64,000 nt of DNA from the human T2T-CHM13v2.0 reference genome, Homo sapiens. Each line of letters opens with the position of its first letter. The first letter of the stretch is position 1. The notes under the pieces are model-generated. The model did not search any database and was not told the DNA's origin. It worked only from the letters and a program-made list of their open reading frames with translations. Positions 27,865-41,399 of this stretch are shown here, piece after piece. The position numbers and the translations under genes are program-made. Location: NCBI RefSeq assembly GCF_009914755.1, contig NC_060939.1. One strand, 5' to 3'.

Positions 27865-29270
27865 TTAAGGATGTATTTACTGAATATCTACTCTAGGTTT
27901 AGTATTGTTTTAGGTACTAGGGATAAAAATGGGAGCAGCCATGTATCCTGCATAAAACAGCTTATTGTCTTGTATAGACCAAAATTTAAATAAGCAATTA
28001 CAATATAGGGTAGTGATTATTTTGGCAGATGCATGAAATGCTGTGACAGTATAAAGCAGGGTACCAATCTAAAAGGAAGCTAAAAGTCTTCTCAAAGTAA
28101 ATAAAACTTAAGCTGAGTTCTAAAGGATTAAGTTAACCCTGAAAGATGGAAGGGGGAAGAGAGAAGGTAAGAGAGAAGGAACGAGTATTCTAGAAGAAAC
28201 TGCATGTGTTAAATCCCAGAGCACATGATAGGTACTAGAAATTCAAATGAGTTTGGCATAGCTGGAGCATAACTGGATGAGTAATGGCAGTGAGACAAGG
28301 CTGAAAGTCTAGACAGAAGACAGGTCTTACACGGCTTCATAAGCCATGCTAAGTCATTATCCTAAGGTCAGAGAGAACCCACGGAGAGGTTTTAAGCAAA
28401 AAACTGACCTGATTGCATCTGCATTTTAGAAACATCATTTTGGATGAATGATGGAGAAGGGGCCTGGATGTAAGTCTAGAAGCAAAAAGAACTGAGCAGC
28501 TGGAGGAATCTAGGCAGGAGGTGAAGGTTTCCCAAGCTGGCAAGTAGCAATGGGGATGGAGAGGAGAGAGTAGATATTTTGAGAGATTTTCTTTAGAGGC
28601 TGAAACTGTAGGAGAGAAAATGTAGTATCTCTTCCTCTTCCATCATAAGGTTCATGGTTGAGGAACTTATGACAAACGATGAATTAGAAAAGAAAAGCAG
28701 AAAAGCATACAAATTTATTTAATAAGTTTTATATGACATGAGAAGACTTCATAATGGAATGAAGATCCAAAGAAACAGGAAATGGTTTTTTTGTTTGTTT
28801 GTTTTTAGAGTTGTGCAGAAGTATGAATGGAGGACAAAAGGGTATGATCTAATGGCAATAAACTGGGGTGGAACTCAGCAAGGCCAATTAGTTCAGATTC
28901 TTTTCTGTATCCTTGTGTAACATTCCTTTCCTCTGGGTGTAGAGAGGATGGCTCCGGAATGAAGGTCTTATGACTTTAGGGGAAAGTCAAAGGATTCTTT
29001 TATGGCCCACTTCAGGGCCATAAAAAGAATGGAGGGAGGTCAGAAAGTGACCTTCCTGCTTCTGCTGTTTTCTCGAATGTCAAGGTGGCATAGTTTGGGG
29101 TAGTGTCCTGAACTCCATCAAAATTAACAATTAATTGAATGGAGGATTGAGGAAAGTTAAAAAAGAAATTTAGGAAAATTCTCAGCTTTCTGCATTTGGA
29201 AAGTGGATAGATGGTAGTTCTGTTTACTGATATAGAGAACTTAGTATGAGTAGTAGTTTTCTGGGAGAGT
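27865..29270 (-). mobile_element. L2 element interrupted by a MER34-type LTR
   Basis: Antisense L2 3' end (tatttactgaatatctactctagg...) and body motifs continue on both sides of 28607-29120. Confidence 0.7.
28607..29120 (-). mobile_element. MER34-family solo LTR (ERV1)
   Basis: TG...CA ends. The minus strand begins tgatggagttcaggacactaccccaaactatgccaccttg. Flanks aaac/aaat look like a degenerate 4-bp TSD. Confidence 0.75.
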
Positions 29271-29639
29271 CCAGAGGCCTTATCCTTTTCCAATTTATGT
29301 GGCATATAATACCACTTATGTCTCAAATCTTTTGATTATCTTCCTCAGGCTTCCACATTACTATATTTTCTAAGTTATTGTTACGCTTCTCTGACTCCTT
29401 TCCTTCCTGCTGTTCCTAAGTTATAAATATCCCTCACTGTTTTATCTAGAATATGTTCTTCTCTCTTAATGCATTCCCTATAACAGCACCATGCACTCCA
29501 TGGCTTCAAACATCACCTTTATGCTATTCTGCTGCTGCTAATACTATCACTACTAATTAAAGACTATTTGGTTTATGACTTAAGGTTAAGATAATTATAT
29601 TATCATCTTATTTAATACTCAAAATGACTTTTAAAAATA

Positions 29640-29850
29640 AAAAAGAGCACAGGCTTGAAATCAGATAAACTTAACCATAAATTCCAGTTTTGCTACTTCC
29701 CAGCTGGGCAATGGAAATACTCACCCCATGAGTGATTCCTCATTGTAAATAATAGTACTGATCTCATAGATGATTAAATAAAATAATGCATAAAAAGCAC
29801 TTAGCACAGTGTACAGCACTTAGTAAGCACTTAATAAAAACACAACTTAA
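29640..29850 (+). mobile_element. MIR SINE
   Basis: aagagcacaggcttgaaatcag...aaagcacttagcacagtg...agtaagcacttaataaa. Confidence 0.75.
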
Positions 29851-29894
29851 TTCTAAGAGTGGGTACAGTGCATGTTGTAATGAGGCACAGTGAA

Positions 29895-30147
29895 AGCAGC
29901 ATTGCATCATCAGTTAAAAGCACTGGCTTTGGAGACAGACAGTTCTTGGTTCATTCAAATCCTGGCTGTCACTTTCTAGCTACATGATCTTAGGTTATGT
30001 AAGCGCTTTCTCTGAGCCTTGAACTTGTGATCTGTAAAATGGAGATGACAATAGTACCAACCTCATAGTATAACTGCTTTCAGGAATAAAACCACATGAA
30101 TGGAATGCCAAAAGTGCCGTCTAGCACATAACATATACTCAATAAAG
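29895..30147 (+). mobile_element. MIR SINE
   Basis: Core ttcaaatcctggct...tctctgagcct...atctgtaaaatggagatgacaatagtacc. Confidence 0.8.
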
Positions 30148-30269
30148 GGGCTGCTAATTTTATTTTTTACTCTTTTCCAGAGGTAAAAACTAGCTTGATT
30201 TGCAAAAGTTATCAGCTTAGAACCAAACAAAACCAGGACATAAAGTTATGTTTGACTCTTCGTAATATC

Positions 30270-31960
30270 CTGATAGATAACAAACCTTAGTCTTTAGCCT
30301 GAACATGTCAATTGTGCTCCATCTGATAGGTTAAAAGACATGTGCCTTTGGTTTATATGTTATAATCTGAAATTAAATATGTGTAAGGTCAAGCTTATCA
30401 TGTTCTTTCTCAACCTTGTTCTCTGCAGAAATAAATGCTTCCAGTTCTCCCAATCATTATGTGTGGATTAATCTTCAATTTTTTCTTTTCTAGCTCCTGG
30501 CAATTTGGTGCTAATTTCTTTTTCAATCTTCCATAAAAATCTTTCTTTCAGCTTTGTTCCACCTCTCCATCCCTACTGTCAATGGTTAAATACCGTGAGC
30601 TCTCACACCTGTTTCCCATAACAGCATCTTACACTCCTTTTCATTTCCATCTTCTACTCCTAATCCATGAATACTGCTGCCAGATTAAATCTCCTGAGAT
30701 TTCTTTCAGTAATATAAATTTTGGTTGGAGAGAATTCTGAATTTTATTTCTTACCCCAAATCACTTGGCCTATCTCTCAAGCCTCTTCATGAATGGGCCT
30801 TACATTCCCACATAACGTATTCTTACTGATCTACCAACACCAGCTCTTAGTTTCATTTAGACCAAATTTCTTTGTTGTCCTTGAATGCCTTCTTGCCAAA
30901 GTCTTCATTCATATTGATTCACTTTGTTGCCACGACCCATGTAGATTTCACCCATCCTTCAAATCAGTTCTAACCCTTTCCTCAGCTACTCCAGGTCATG
31001 TGGGCATCTTCCATCTTTTAGCTCCCAAGTGCTTTTATAGTAAGTATCAGTTTGACTTTACCTAGTTAAATTTATTAGGGATTTACCCCCCTCACGTTCT
31101 ATACTCTACATTCCATGGAAAATGCCAAGTCTTTGATTTATTTTGTAGTTCTTATAGCAGTTAGCATAGAACTGGACACAGAAGTCCTTACACATAGCAG
31201 TTAGCATAGAACTGGGTATAGAAGTTCTTACACATACTTATCATTCAATTCTATCAGTACCACATGACATTATCAACTAACAGTTCATCTACAACATGCT
31301 TTCAGAGAAATGTGAGGGTCATATTGGAATAGCCACTAACTGCCGAGGACCCACACCTCTTTTTGTCAAATACCACTAAAAATCTCAGTAGATACTACTG
31401 CCAGTTACGCTACTTAAAACACACCTTTGAGAATCCCACTCTCTTCCTTTAAAACCTTCATTTACTCCTCATTGTTTACATAATTGAATCCTCCTCCAGT
31501 CTTCAAAATCTCTCACAATATGGCTGCAAATTCCTTTGTCAGCTTTATCAATTTATATATACTTATCACAATGCAAGAATTCCTCTGGCCGCTCCTACCA
31601 TCATGACCTCTGGCCATAATATGATTTATCTCCACGCTGGCAGAAACTAACCAAGCCCCATTCGACCTAACAGAAAGGGAAGCAGTTAGTCTTGGGCTTT
31701 AACGCTGAATATGCTGCAGGCCCATTTGCCCTTCAATACTCAAAATATATTCTAAATAAGTGAGACTAACTTCTGAAAATACATTGTGTTTCCCCTTCCC
31801 CATGTGTTGATACAAACTGTTCTCTTACCTATAACAATCCAGCCAGTCAAAAATCCTATCTATCCTTCAAGCTCATTAGGACTATCAATTTATCTCTGAA
31901 GTTGCTCTGAATTTTCTCACAACATGTAATTTTTTTCCTTGAAATTCTGTGATACATGAT
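30270..31960 (+). mobile_element. Degraded L2 fragments (host the NUMT)
   Basis: Pyrimidine-rich L2-like sequence (atactgctgccagattaa..., aaaaccttca..., catccttcaa). Boundaries approximate. Confidence 0.5.
31548..31732 (+). pseudogene. NUMT: nuclear copy of a mitochondrial MT-ND1 fragment
   Basis: In the vertebrate mitochondrial code it reads [58 protein letters not shown]. This is the ND1 [21 protein letters not shown]/[13 protein letters not shown] signature, with TGA as Trp and ATA as Met, and one small deletion. Confidence 0.93.
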
Positions 31961-33179
31961 TTTTACTCTCTTAAAGTACATTTTAATATATCTTATAATT
32001 TTTATTTATAATAGCCATTGGATGTCTCAATCATAAAGTTATACAAAGTTCTATATATCCTTCAAACTTTGTTATGTTCAAAATTCAAAATCTTCTTTCA
32101 AAGATGTTCCAAACCCTTTTGACTTCCAAGGTCAGTTAAAGGCATTTTTTTCCATAAAGTCACTCTGCAGGGAACAAGTCTTAAAATTCTGTCTTTCTCA
32201 CCCACAACATCAAATCAATTTTCGTGAACTTTTCTTTCCATTTTGTTTTTTAAGTAATAGGTAACTGGGACTGCAAGTTGTGCTTTTGTCAAACCTATAA
32301 GGAAGACAAGTTAACTTCTGTAGAAAAGTGAGAAGAAAATTTGTCAATTAACAAGAACTGGATCTAATCTTTTATGAGGTAGGGAATAATTTAGGAAAGG
32401 AAGTCTGTATTTTTAAATATGTGTCTTTCTTGTTAAAAATGAATACATGCCCTAACAACCTTTAAGCTTGAAATCTAAGTTGCATTTATCCAGGTTTAGC
32501 TCTTACAGCACCCAGCAGAGTGGTATGCTTCTTAAGTAGTCAATACATTTCTGTTTACCTTTGACTCAAGGCTGGAGGCCAGATTTCCCAATTCTTTGAC
32601 AGCTGGCTTAGAAAGAGCAACTAAACCTACACACTCACAATTTTTAAAAATATAATTTTGCTCTTCCATCTAGCACATGACTTTTACTTAGATGATCATA
32701 AGAAATCTCAAAGAATAACTGCTACTGATAAAGATGGTAGATTGAACCTATGCATCTACTTCCACTCCCTTTTAAAATGTTACTGGAAAATATTTCATAA
32801 AATGGCATAAACCCACAGAGATGGAGAACACAGGAGAGGAGGTGACAGCATTAACCAATTTATCAGGACCAAGAACACTGAGCCTGTGGCCAGCAATGGG
32901 GAATGCTGAGGACCAATCTGATTTACACAATAGAATAACCAAAAGGGTAAGGAGCTAGTGACACCAGGTACCTCTGGAAGTGAGAGGGAAAGAAAAAGGG
33001 CACTAATTAACAAGCAGTCAGATTCTTAGGTCCCTCTCTAGGCTAGCTACTGCTTCTCTTCTACCCTGGCAGAATGCTGGAGGTTTATTCCCTACAGCAG
33101 ATAAACAGAGGAACTGGCCTGGGAGAAATGAGACATAGTTAAGGACACAGGTATATAATAAAAATAGATGGAATCAATT

Positions 33180-33180
<1 letters not shown>

Positions 33181-33238
<58 letters not shown>
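33181..33238. repeat. (AT)n(AC)n compound microsatellite
   Basis: Read directly. Confidence 0.96.
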
Positions 33239-33240
<2 letters not shown>

Positions 33241-33385
33241 GATTCTGAGACCTCTAGCTATTTTTCCCAATCAACTCCTAGAAAAAAGCAAATTAGAGCA
33301 TGCTATCTCCTTCAAGACAGGAGAATGGAGAATCCTTTGCTTTGGAATATGAACAGCTCAGATTAAGTAGTCTTGCTATACTTTC

Positions 33386-34303
33386 TGTGATACTGTGAAA
33401 TAGTAAGAAATAAATATCTGTTCTCTGCCCCTGGTTCCCAAGATGGAGCTCCCAATACTCTTGTAGATAGGAGTGCCAGGAGAATCTTTTGTTCTAACAT
33501 TTGGTCTTTGACCCCAGTTCCAGAGACAGAGCTCCTAAGACCTTTGTAATTTCCTGAGTGACAGAAACATCTTTTGTTCTAATGAGGTGACCCTTGGTGG
33601 GCTCCTGGATAGCCTTGGGATGGGCAATGGTTGCCAGGGAAACCAACCTTGTGATTAGAGGGTTGGAACTTATAGCCCTATCCCCTAGCTACCTGGAAAT
33701 GGAAAAGTGCTGAAAGTTTAGTTGCTCACCAATGGCCAATGACATAATCAATCACACCTACATAATGAAGCCTCCATGAAAACCCGAACGGACAGGGTTC
33801 AGAGAGCTTCCAGATCGCTGATCACATGGAGCTGCCTGGAGGATGGTGCGCTGAGAGACAGCCTGGAAGCTCTGTGCCGCCTTCCTACATACATTGCCCT
33901 ATGCATCTCTGCATCTGGCTGTTCATCTGTATCCTAAACTATATCCTTTATGAATAAACCAGTAAATGTAAGTAAAGTGTTTCCCAGAGTCTGTGAGCTG
34001 TTCTAGCAAATTAACAGAACGCAAGAAAAAGGTCGTGGGAATGCTTGATTTATGGCCAGTTAGTCAGAAGTATAGGTAACAACCTACTACTTGTGGTTGG
34101 CATCTGAAGTGGTGGCAGTCTTGTAGCACTGAACCTTTAATCTGTGGTATCAGAATTAAATTGAATAGTAAGACAGACAGTTGGTGTCTGCTGAGGAATT
34201 GCTTGGTGTGTGGGAAAAACCTCACACATCTGGTGTCACAAGTGTTGTGTTTAGTGGTGTGCAAGCATAGAGAAAAAAATAAATAGTTTATTTTTTCTTC
34301 AGA
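33386..34303 (+). mobile_element. MER21-family solo LTR (MER21B-like)
   Basis: Begins tgtgatactgtg. Internal repeats acagagctcctaa/atcttttgttctaa and the motif ggttgccagggaaaccaacc..gtgattagagggttggaact. Confidence 0.8.
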
Positions 34304-34309
34304 TTCCCC

Positions 34310-35940
34310 TATAGTAAAACTCAGGGTCAAAAAGCCCCATCCACATACCTAGTGCTTACAATCAAATTCTTAGGCTCCCTGCTCTTAAATATTAGCATAA
34401 TAACACAGATTACAAGAAATCTGAGGAACATTTCTAAAATGAAAGTTAGAGACCAAAACAAACAGTGAGGAAAATAGACTATGCATGGGAGAAGAAAATC
34501 AAAACAAACAAAAGCTATCAATATTCTTAGGGAGATTAGAGAATATATTACATTAAGGATGGGGTATTATAGCTTTAAATAAAAACAACATTTAAAGAAC
34601 AAAAAAATAAGCTTTTAAACATTAAAAATGACATAAAAACAAGATTAGAAGCAAAATTGAGAAATTCTAGAAAGAACAAAATGAATTAGATCAAAATGAG
34701 GAGACAAAAGTTAAAAGTTAAGGAACATTTAAATAACAGAAATAAAGAAGAATTTATAGAGTAACAGAAATTCTAAAAGCAAAGTCAGAGGGGAGGTACA
34801 CTAATGAAATAATTCAAGGCAACTTCCCACAACTCAAATTTCCAAACTGAGTATTATTCCTGTTCCAGCACAGTGGATAAAAACATACACACCCAAGATA
34901 CACCTAAGAGTCACAATTCTAGGGGCAAAAAGAATATCCTATACACTTCCAAAGAAGAAATGGAGACATATGGAGAAAGTCATCACATACATTTAGTCAG
35001 GAATCAGAATGGCTTTGGGCTTTTCAACAGTACACCAAGCTACAAGGCAATGAAGCAATACTATCAACATCCAGAAGGAAAATCATTCCCAAAACAGAAT
35101 TCTATGACCAGTTACAGAATCCATCAAATGTGAGGAAAGATTGAAGACATTTTCAGGTATGCAGTCTTCAAAAATTTACGCCCATGGGTTCTTTCTTAGA
35201 AATCTCTTGGAGAATGTGCTTCACAAAAATAAGAGTTAACAAAGGAAAACACTGGATCCAGGCAACAAGGACTCCCAACACAGAAAGAAGGTAAAGGGAA
35301 CCCCAGTATTATGAGCACATGCTCCAATGTTAGCGTTATAATAGGCATAGCGAGAACCTGGTTCAGATTAGATCAAGTCAGAAGGCTCTGGAAAAGATTC
35401 TTCAGGAGGAAACTGACAAAATACTTCTTAGGTCTGAACATCTGGTTAACAGATTAGAAAACTGGCAATGAGTGTAGCGCTGAATTTGTGATAAGTACAG
35501 AGACTACTAAATAAATGAAACAAGACAATTATTCACTCAAGAGAAAAAATAAAAGTTGTACAGGAAAAGAAAGGTTTATTACCAGAGTTTATTACCTGAC
35601 TTAGCTGTGTATTGGGCTTTTACAGTTATTATAATATAAACACTGGATATTGATCCAATCAGAATTGCAATGTAACAATATAGGAAGATGGAAGGAGGGA
35701 AAGAGAACATATATGTAATGGAGGGAAAGGGAGTAAACACAGTGAAATCTGCATATTCCAGAGTGGAAAGTCAATAAATAATACAAATATTAGTGGTGGT
35801 AGCAGTGAATCATGAAGTAGTAATGCAAACATACAATCAGAGACATAGAGGTAAATATCAAAAACAACATGGAAGGCTGTTTCTGTGTCAAACACTGAAG
35901 AACCATTTGAGAATATAAACCTTGACTAACATTTTAAAAT
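34310..35940 (+). mobile_element. HAL1 / ancient L1 ORF1-like element (continues 37820-38620 beyond the retrocopy)
   Basis: tcaggaatcagaatggctttgggcttttcaacag..., aagacattttcaggtatgcag, typical of HAL1. Likely also includes 32720-33360. Confidence 0.6.
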
Positions 35941-35953
35941 ATTACAAAATTAG

Positions 35954-37806
<1,853 letters not shown>

Positions 37807-38629
37807 TTTACACAATTAGAATACTATTAATAAACAAGGAAGCTGTTCAAAGAATAGTTCTAAACCTTTAATAGTGCAATTTGTATTAAAATTTACCTTC
37901 TCTTTGGAAAATGAGAAAATGGTCTTAGGACATAAAGCCCCACAAAACATAAAACCATTATATAATCCATTATTTGCTTATAAGATTATAATTTAAAAAT
38001 TCTACAGAAGTTTAAGAAACAATGGCTAAAATTATTTCATGGAGTAGTTAGTGTATAAGCCTTAAAGTTTTGTATTCTTTAACCCAGAAATTATATTCCT
38101 AGGAACTTAAGAAAATAACCAGAAATGTGCATGAAGATTTATTAGAAAAGATGACAATCATAATGTTATTTTTAATGATTTAGAAAAACCAATCTTTCCA
38201 ACAACAGATAACTTATAATATCTTATATAATTATTTCATTATGCATATATCATAAGTAAATAATGATACCTTCATATGTAAAATACAAATATGATTAAAA
38301 TCTACCCAGCCATTAATTAATGTCTTTTCAAAGTATACTTAATTATGTAGGAAAATGAACATGGCATGTTAGAAGAAAAAGGAGGCAAAATTGTATGTAT
38401 AGTTGAATCCCATTATGTAAATAAAATATACACAAGTGTTTAACTACATAACCTTGTATATAAAACAAATTCTCAGGAAATAAATCATGAGGGAATATAC
38501 CAATATGTGGATCATGTACACCATGGGGCAAGAAAGGTATGGTTTTTACTTGCTTTCTTTCACTTGATTATATTTTGAATTTTCAGCAATAGCTATTTTT
38601 ATTTTTCTGCTGTTTTGTTTTTAAATTTT

Positions 38630-41275
38630 GCATTAAAAATTGTTTAATTTTATGGGTACATAGTAGGTATATATATATATATGGAGTATCAGTATCCATC
38701 TGCTCAAGTATTTATTCTTTATGTTAGAATCAGTCCAATTACACTTTTTTAGTTATTTAAAAATGTAAAATTAAATTATTATTGACTATAGGCCCCCTGT
38801 TGTGCTATCAAACACTAGGTCTTATTCATCCTTTCTTTATTTTTATTTTTTTGAGACAGGGTCTTACTCTGTCACCCAGGGTGGAGTATGGTGACACAAT
38901 CATGGCTCATGGCAGCCTCGACTTCCTGGACTCAGGTGATCCTCACACCTCAGCCTCCTAAGTAGCTGGGATAGGCATGTGCCACCATGCTTGGCTAGTT
39001 TTTTCATATTTTTTGTAGTCGACAGTTTGCCACATTGCCCAGGCTGGTCTTGAACTCCTGGACTGAAGTGATTCACTCACCTTGGCCTCTCAAAAGTGCT
39101 GACATTAAAGGCATAAGCCATCCTGCTCAGCTTATTCATTCATTCCTTTTTTTTTTTTTTTGTACCCATTAACCATCTCCAACTCCCTGGTGGTCCCCCA
39201 CTACCATTTCCAGCCTCTGGTAACCATCCTTTTAGTTTCTATTTCCATGAATTCAATTGTTTTGATTTTTAGATCCCACAAATAAGTGACAATGTGTGAT
39301 GTTTGTATTTCTGTGCCTGGCTTATTTCACTTAACATAATCACCTCCAGTTCCATCCATGTTGCTGCAAATGACAGAATCTCATTCTTTTTAATGGCTGA
39401 ACAGTACTCCATAGTGTGTAAGCAGCACATTTTCTTTATCCATTCATATGTTGATGGACACTTGGGTTGCTTCCAAATCTTGGCTATTGTGAACAGTGTT
39501 GCAACAAACATGGGAGTGCAGATATACCTTTGATACACTGATTTCCTTTCTTTTGGGTATATATCTAGCAGTGAGATTGCTGGATCATATAGTAGCTCTA
39601 TTTTTTAGTTTTTTGAGGAGCCTCCAAACACTTCTCCAGAGTAGTTGTACTAATTTACATTCCCATAGACAGCATATGAGGGTTCCCTTTTCTCCACATC
39701 CTCATCAATATTTATTGCCTATCTTTTGGATAAAAGCCATTTTAACTGGTGTGAGAGATATCTCATTGTAGTTTTGATTTGCATTTCTCTGGTGATCAAT
39801 GATGTTGAACACCTTTTCCTATGTCTGTTTGACACTTGTGTGTCTTCTTTTGAGAACTGTCCATTCAATTCTTTTGTCCATTTTTGAATTGGATCATTAG
39901 ATTTTTTTCCTATAGAGTTGTATAAGCTCCTTCTATATTCTAGCTATAAATCTTTTATCAGATGTGTAGTCTGCAAATATTTTGTCCCATTCTGTGGGTT
40001 GTCTCTGCACTTTGTTGATTGTTTCCTTCGCTGTGCAGCTTTTTAACTTGATGCAATCCCATCTGTCCACTATTGCTTTGGTTGCCTGGTTGGGGGGTGG
40101 TATTACTCAAGAAGTCTTTGCCCAGACCCGTGTCCTGGAGAAGTTCCCCAATGTGTTCTTGTAGGAGTTTCATAATTTGAGGTGTTAGATTTAAGTCTTT
40201 AATCCATTTTGATTTGACTGTTGTATAAGGTGAGAGAGAGGGATCAAGTTTTATTTTTCTGCATATAGATGTCTAGTTTTCCCTACATAATTTATTGAAG
40301 AGATTGTTTTTCCCCAATGTATGTTCTTGGCATCTTTGTCAAAAATGAATTTGTTACAGGTGTGTAGATTTGTTTCTGGGTTCTCTATCCTGTTCCATTG
40401 GTCTGTGTGTCTGTTTTTAGGCCAGTACCATGCTATTTTGGTTACTATAGCTCTGTAGCAGAGTTTGAAGTCAGGTAATGCAATCCCTCCAGTTTTGTTC
40501 TTTTTGCTATTCTGGGTCTTTTGGGATTCCATATAAATTTTAGGATTTTTTTTTTACTATTGTTGTGAAAAATGTCATTGGTATTTTGATAGAAATTGCA
40601 GTGAATCTGCAGATTGCTTTAGGTAGTATGGACATTTTAATAACATTGATTCTTCCAATCCATGAACATAGAATGTCTTCATTTTTTAATGTCCACTTCA
40701 ATTTTTTCATCAGTGTTTTATAGTTTTCTTTGTAGACATCTTTCATTTCTTTGGTCAATTCCTGGGTATTTAATTTTATTTGTGGCTATTGTAAATGGGA
40801 TTACTTTTTTGATTTCTTTTTCAGATTGTTCACTGTTGGCATATAGACATGCTATTGATTTTTGTTTGTTGATTTTCTGTCCCACAACTTTACTGAACTT
40901 GTTTATCAGTTCTAATAGTTTTTTGTTGGTCTCTTTAGGTTTTTTGAAATATACAATCATATCCTAAGCAAGCAAGGATAATTTGACTTCTTTTCCAATT
41001 TGGATGCTCTATATCTTTCTCTTGTCTGATTGCTCTAGCTAAGACTTCCAGTACTATGTTGAATAACAGTGGTGAAATGGGCATCTTTGTCATGTTCCAG
41101 ATCTAAGAGGAAAAGCTTTCAGTTTTTCCCCATTCAGTATGATACTCGCTGTGGATCTGTCATATAAGGCTTTTATTATGTTGAGGTATGTTCTTTCTAT
41201 ACCCAGTTTTTTGAGGGTTTTTATCATGAAGGGATGTTGAAGTTTATCAAATGTTGAGGTATGTTCTTTCTATAC
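38630..41275 (-). mobile_element. L1MA2/3-like 5'-truncated element
   Basis: Antisense 3' UTR ttttatgggtacatagtaggt... and ORF2 C-terminal peptides (39269..39538, 40718..40960). Confidence 0.85.
38831..39130 (-). mobile_element. AluJ inserted in the L1MA
   Basis: Dimeric Alu with J-type gagacagggtct. TSD cttattcat at 38821-38829 and 39131-39139. Confidence 0.9.
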
Positions 41276-41399
41276 TAGGGGCTTGGTGTCACTGGAAGAC
41301 TTTTCATTATTTTATTGTGTTGAATTTATTTTTCACGCACGTATCGCATGTTTTAATTTTATATTTAATACACACTATTTAAAAGAAAAAATAGTATGA

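Noticed and set aside
31154-31233. 40-bp tandem duplication (4 mismatches); similar ones at 2466-2543, 6403-6440 and 59016-59097
   Set aside because: Two-copy slippage duplications, mostly inside old repeats, with no sign of function.
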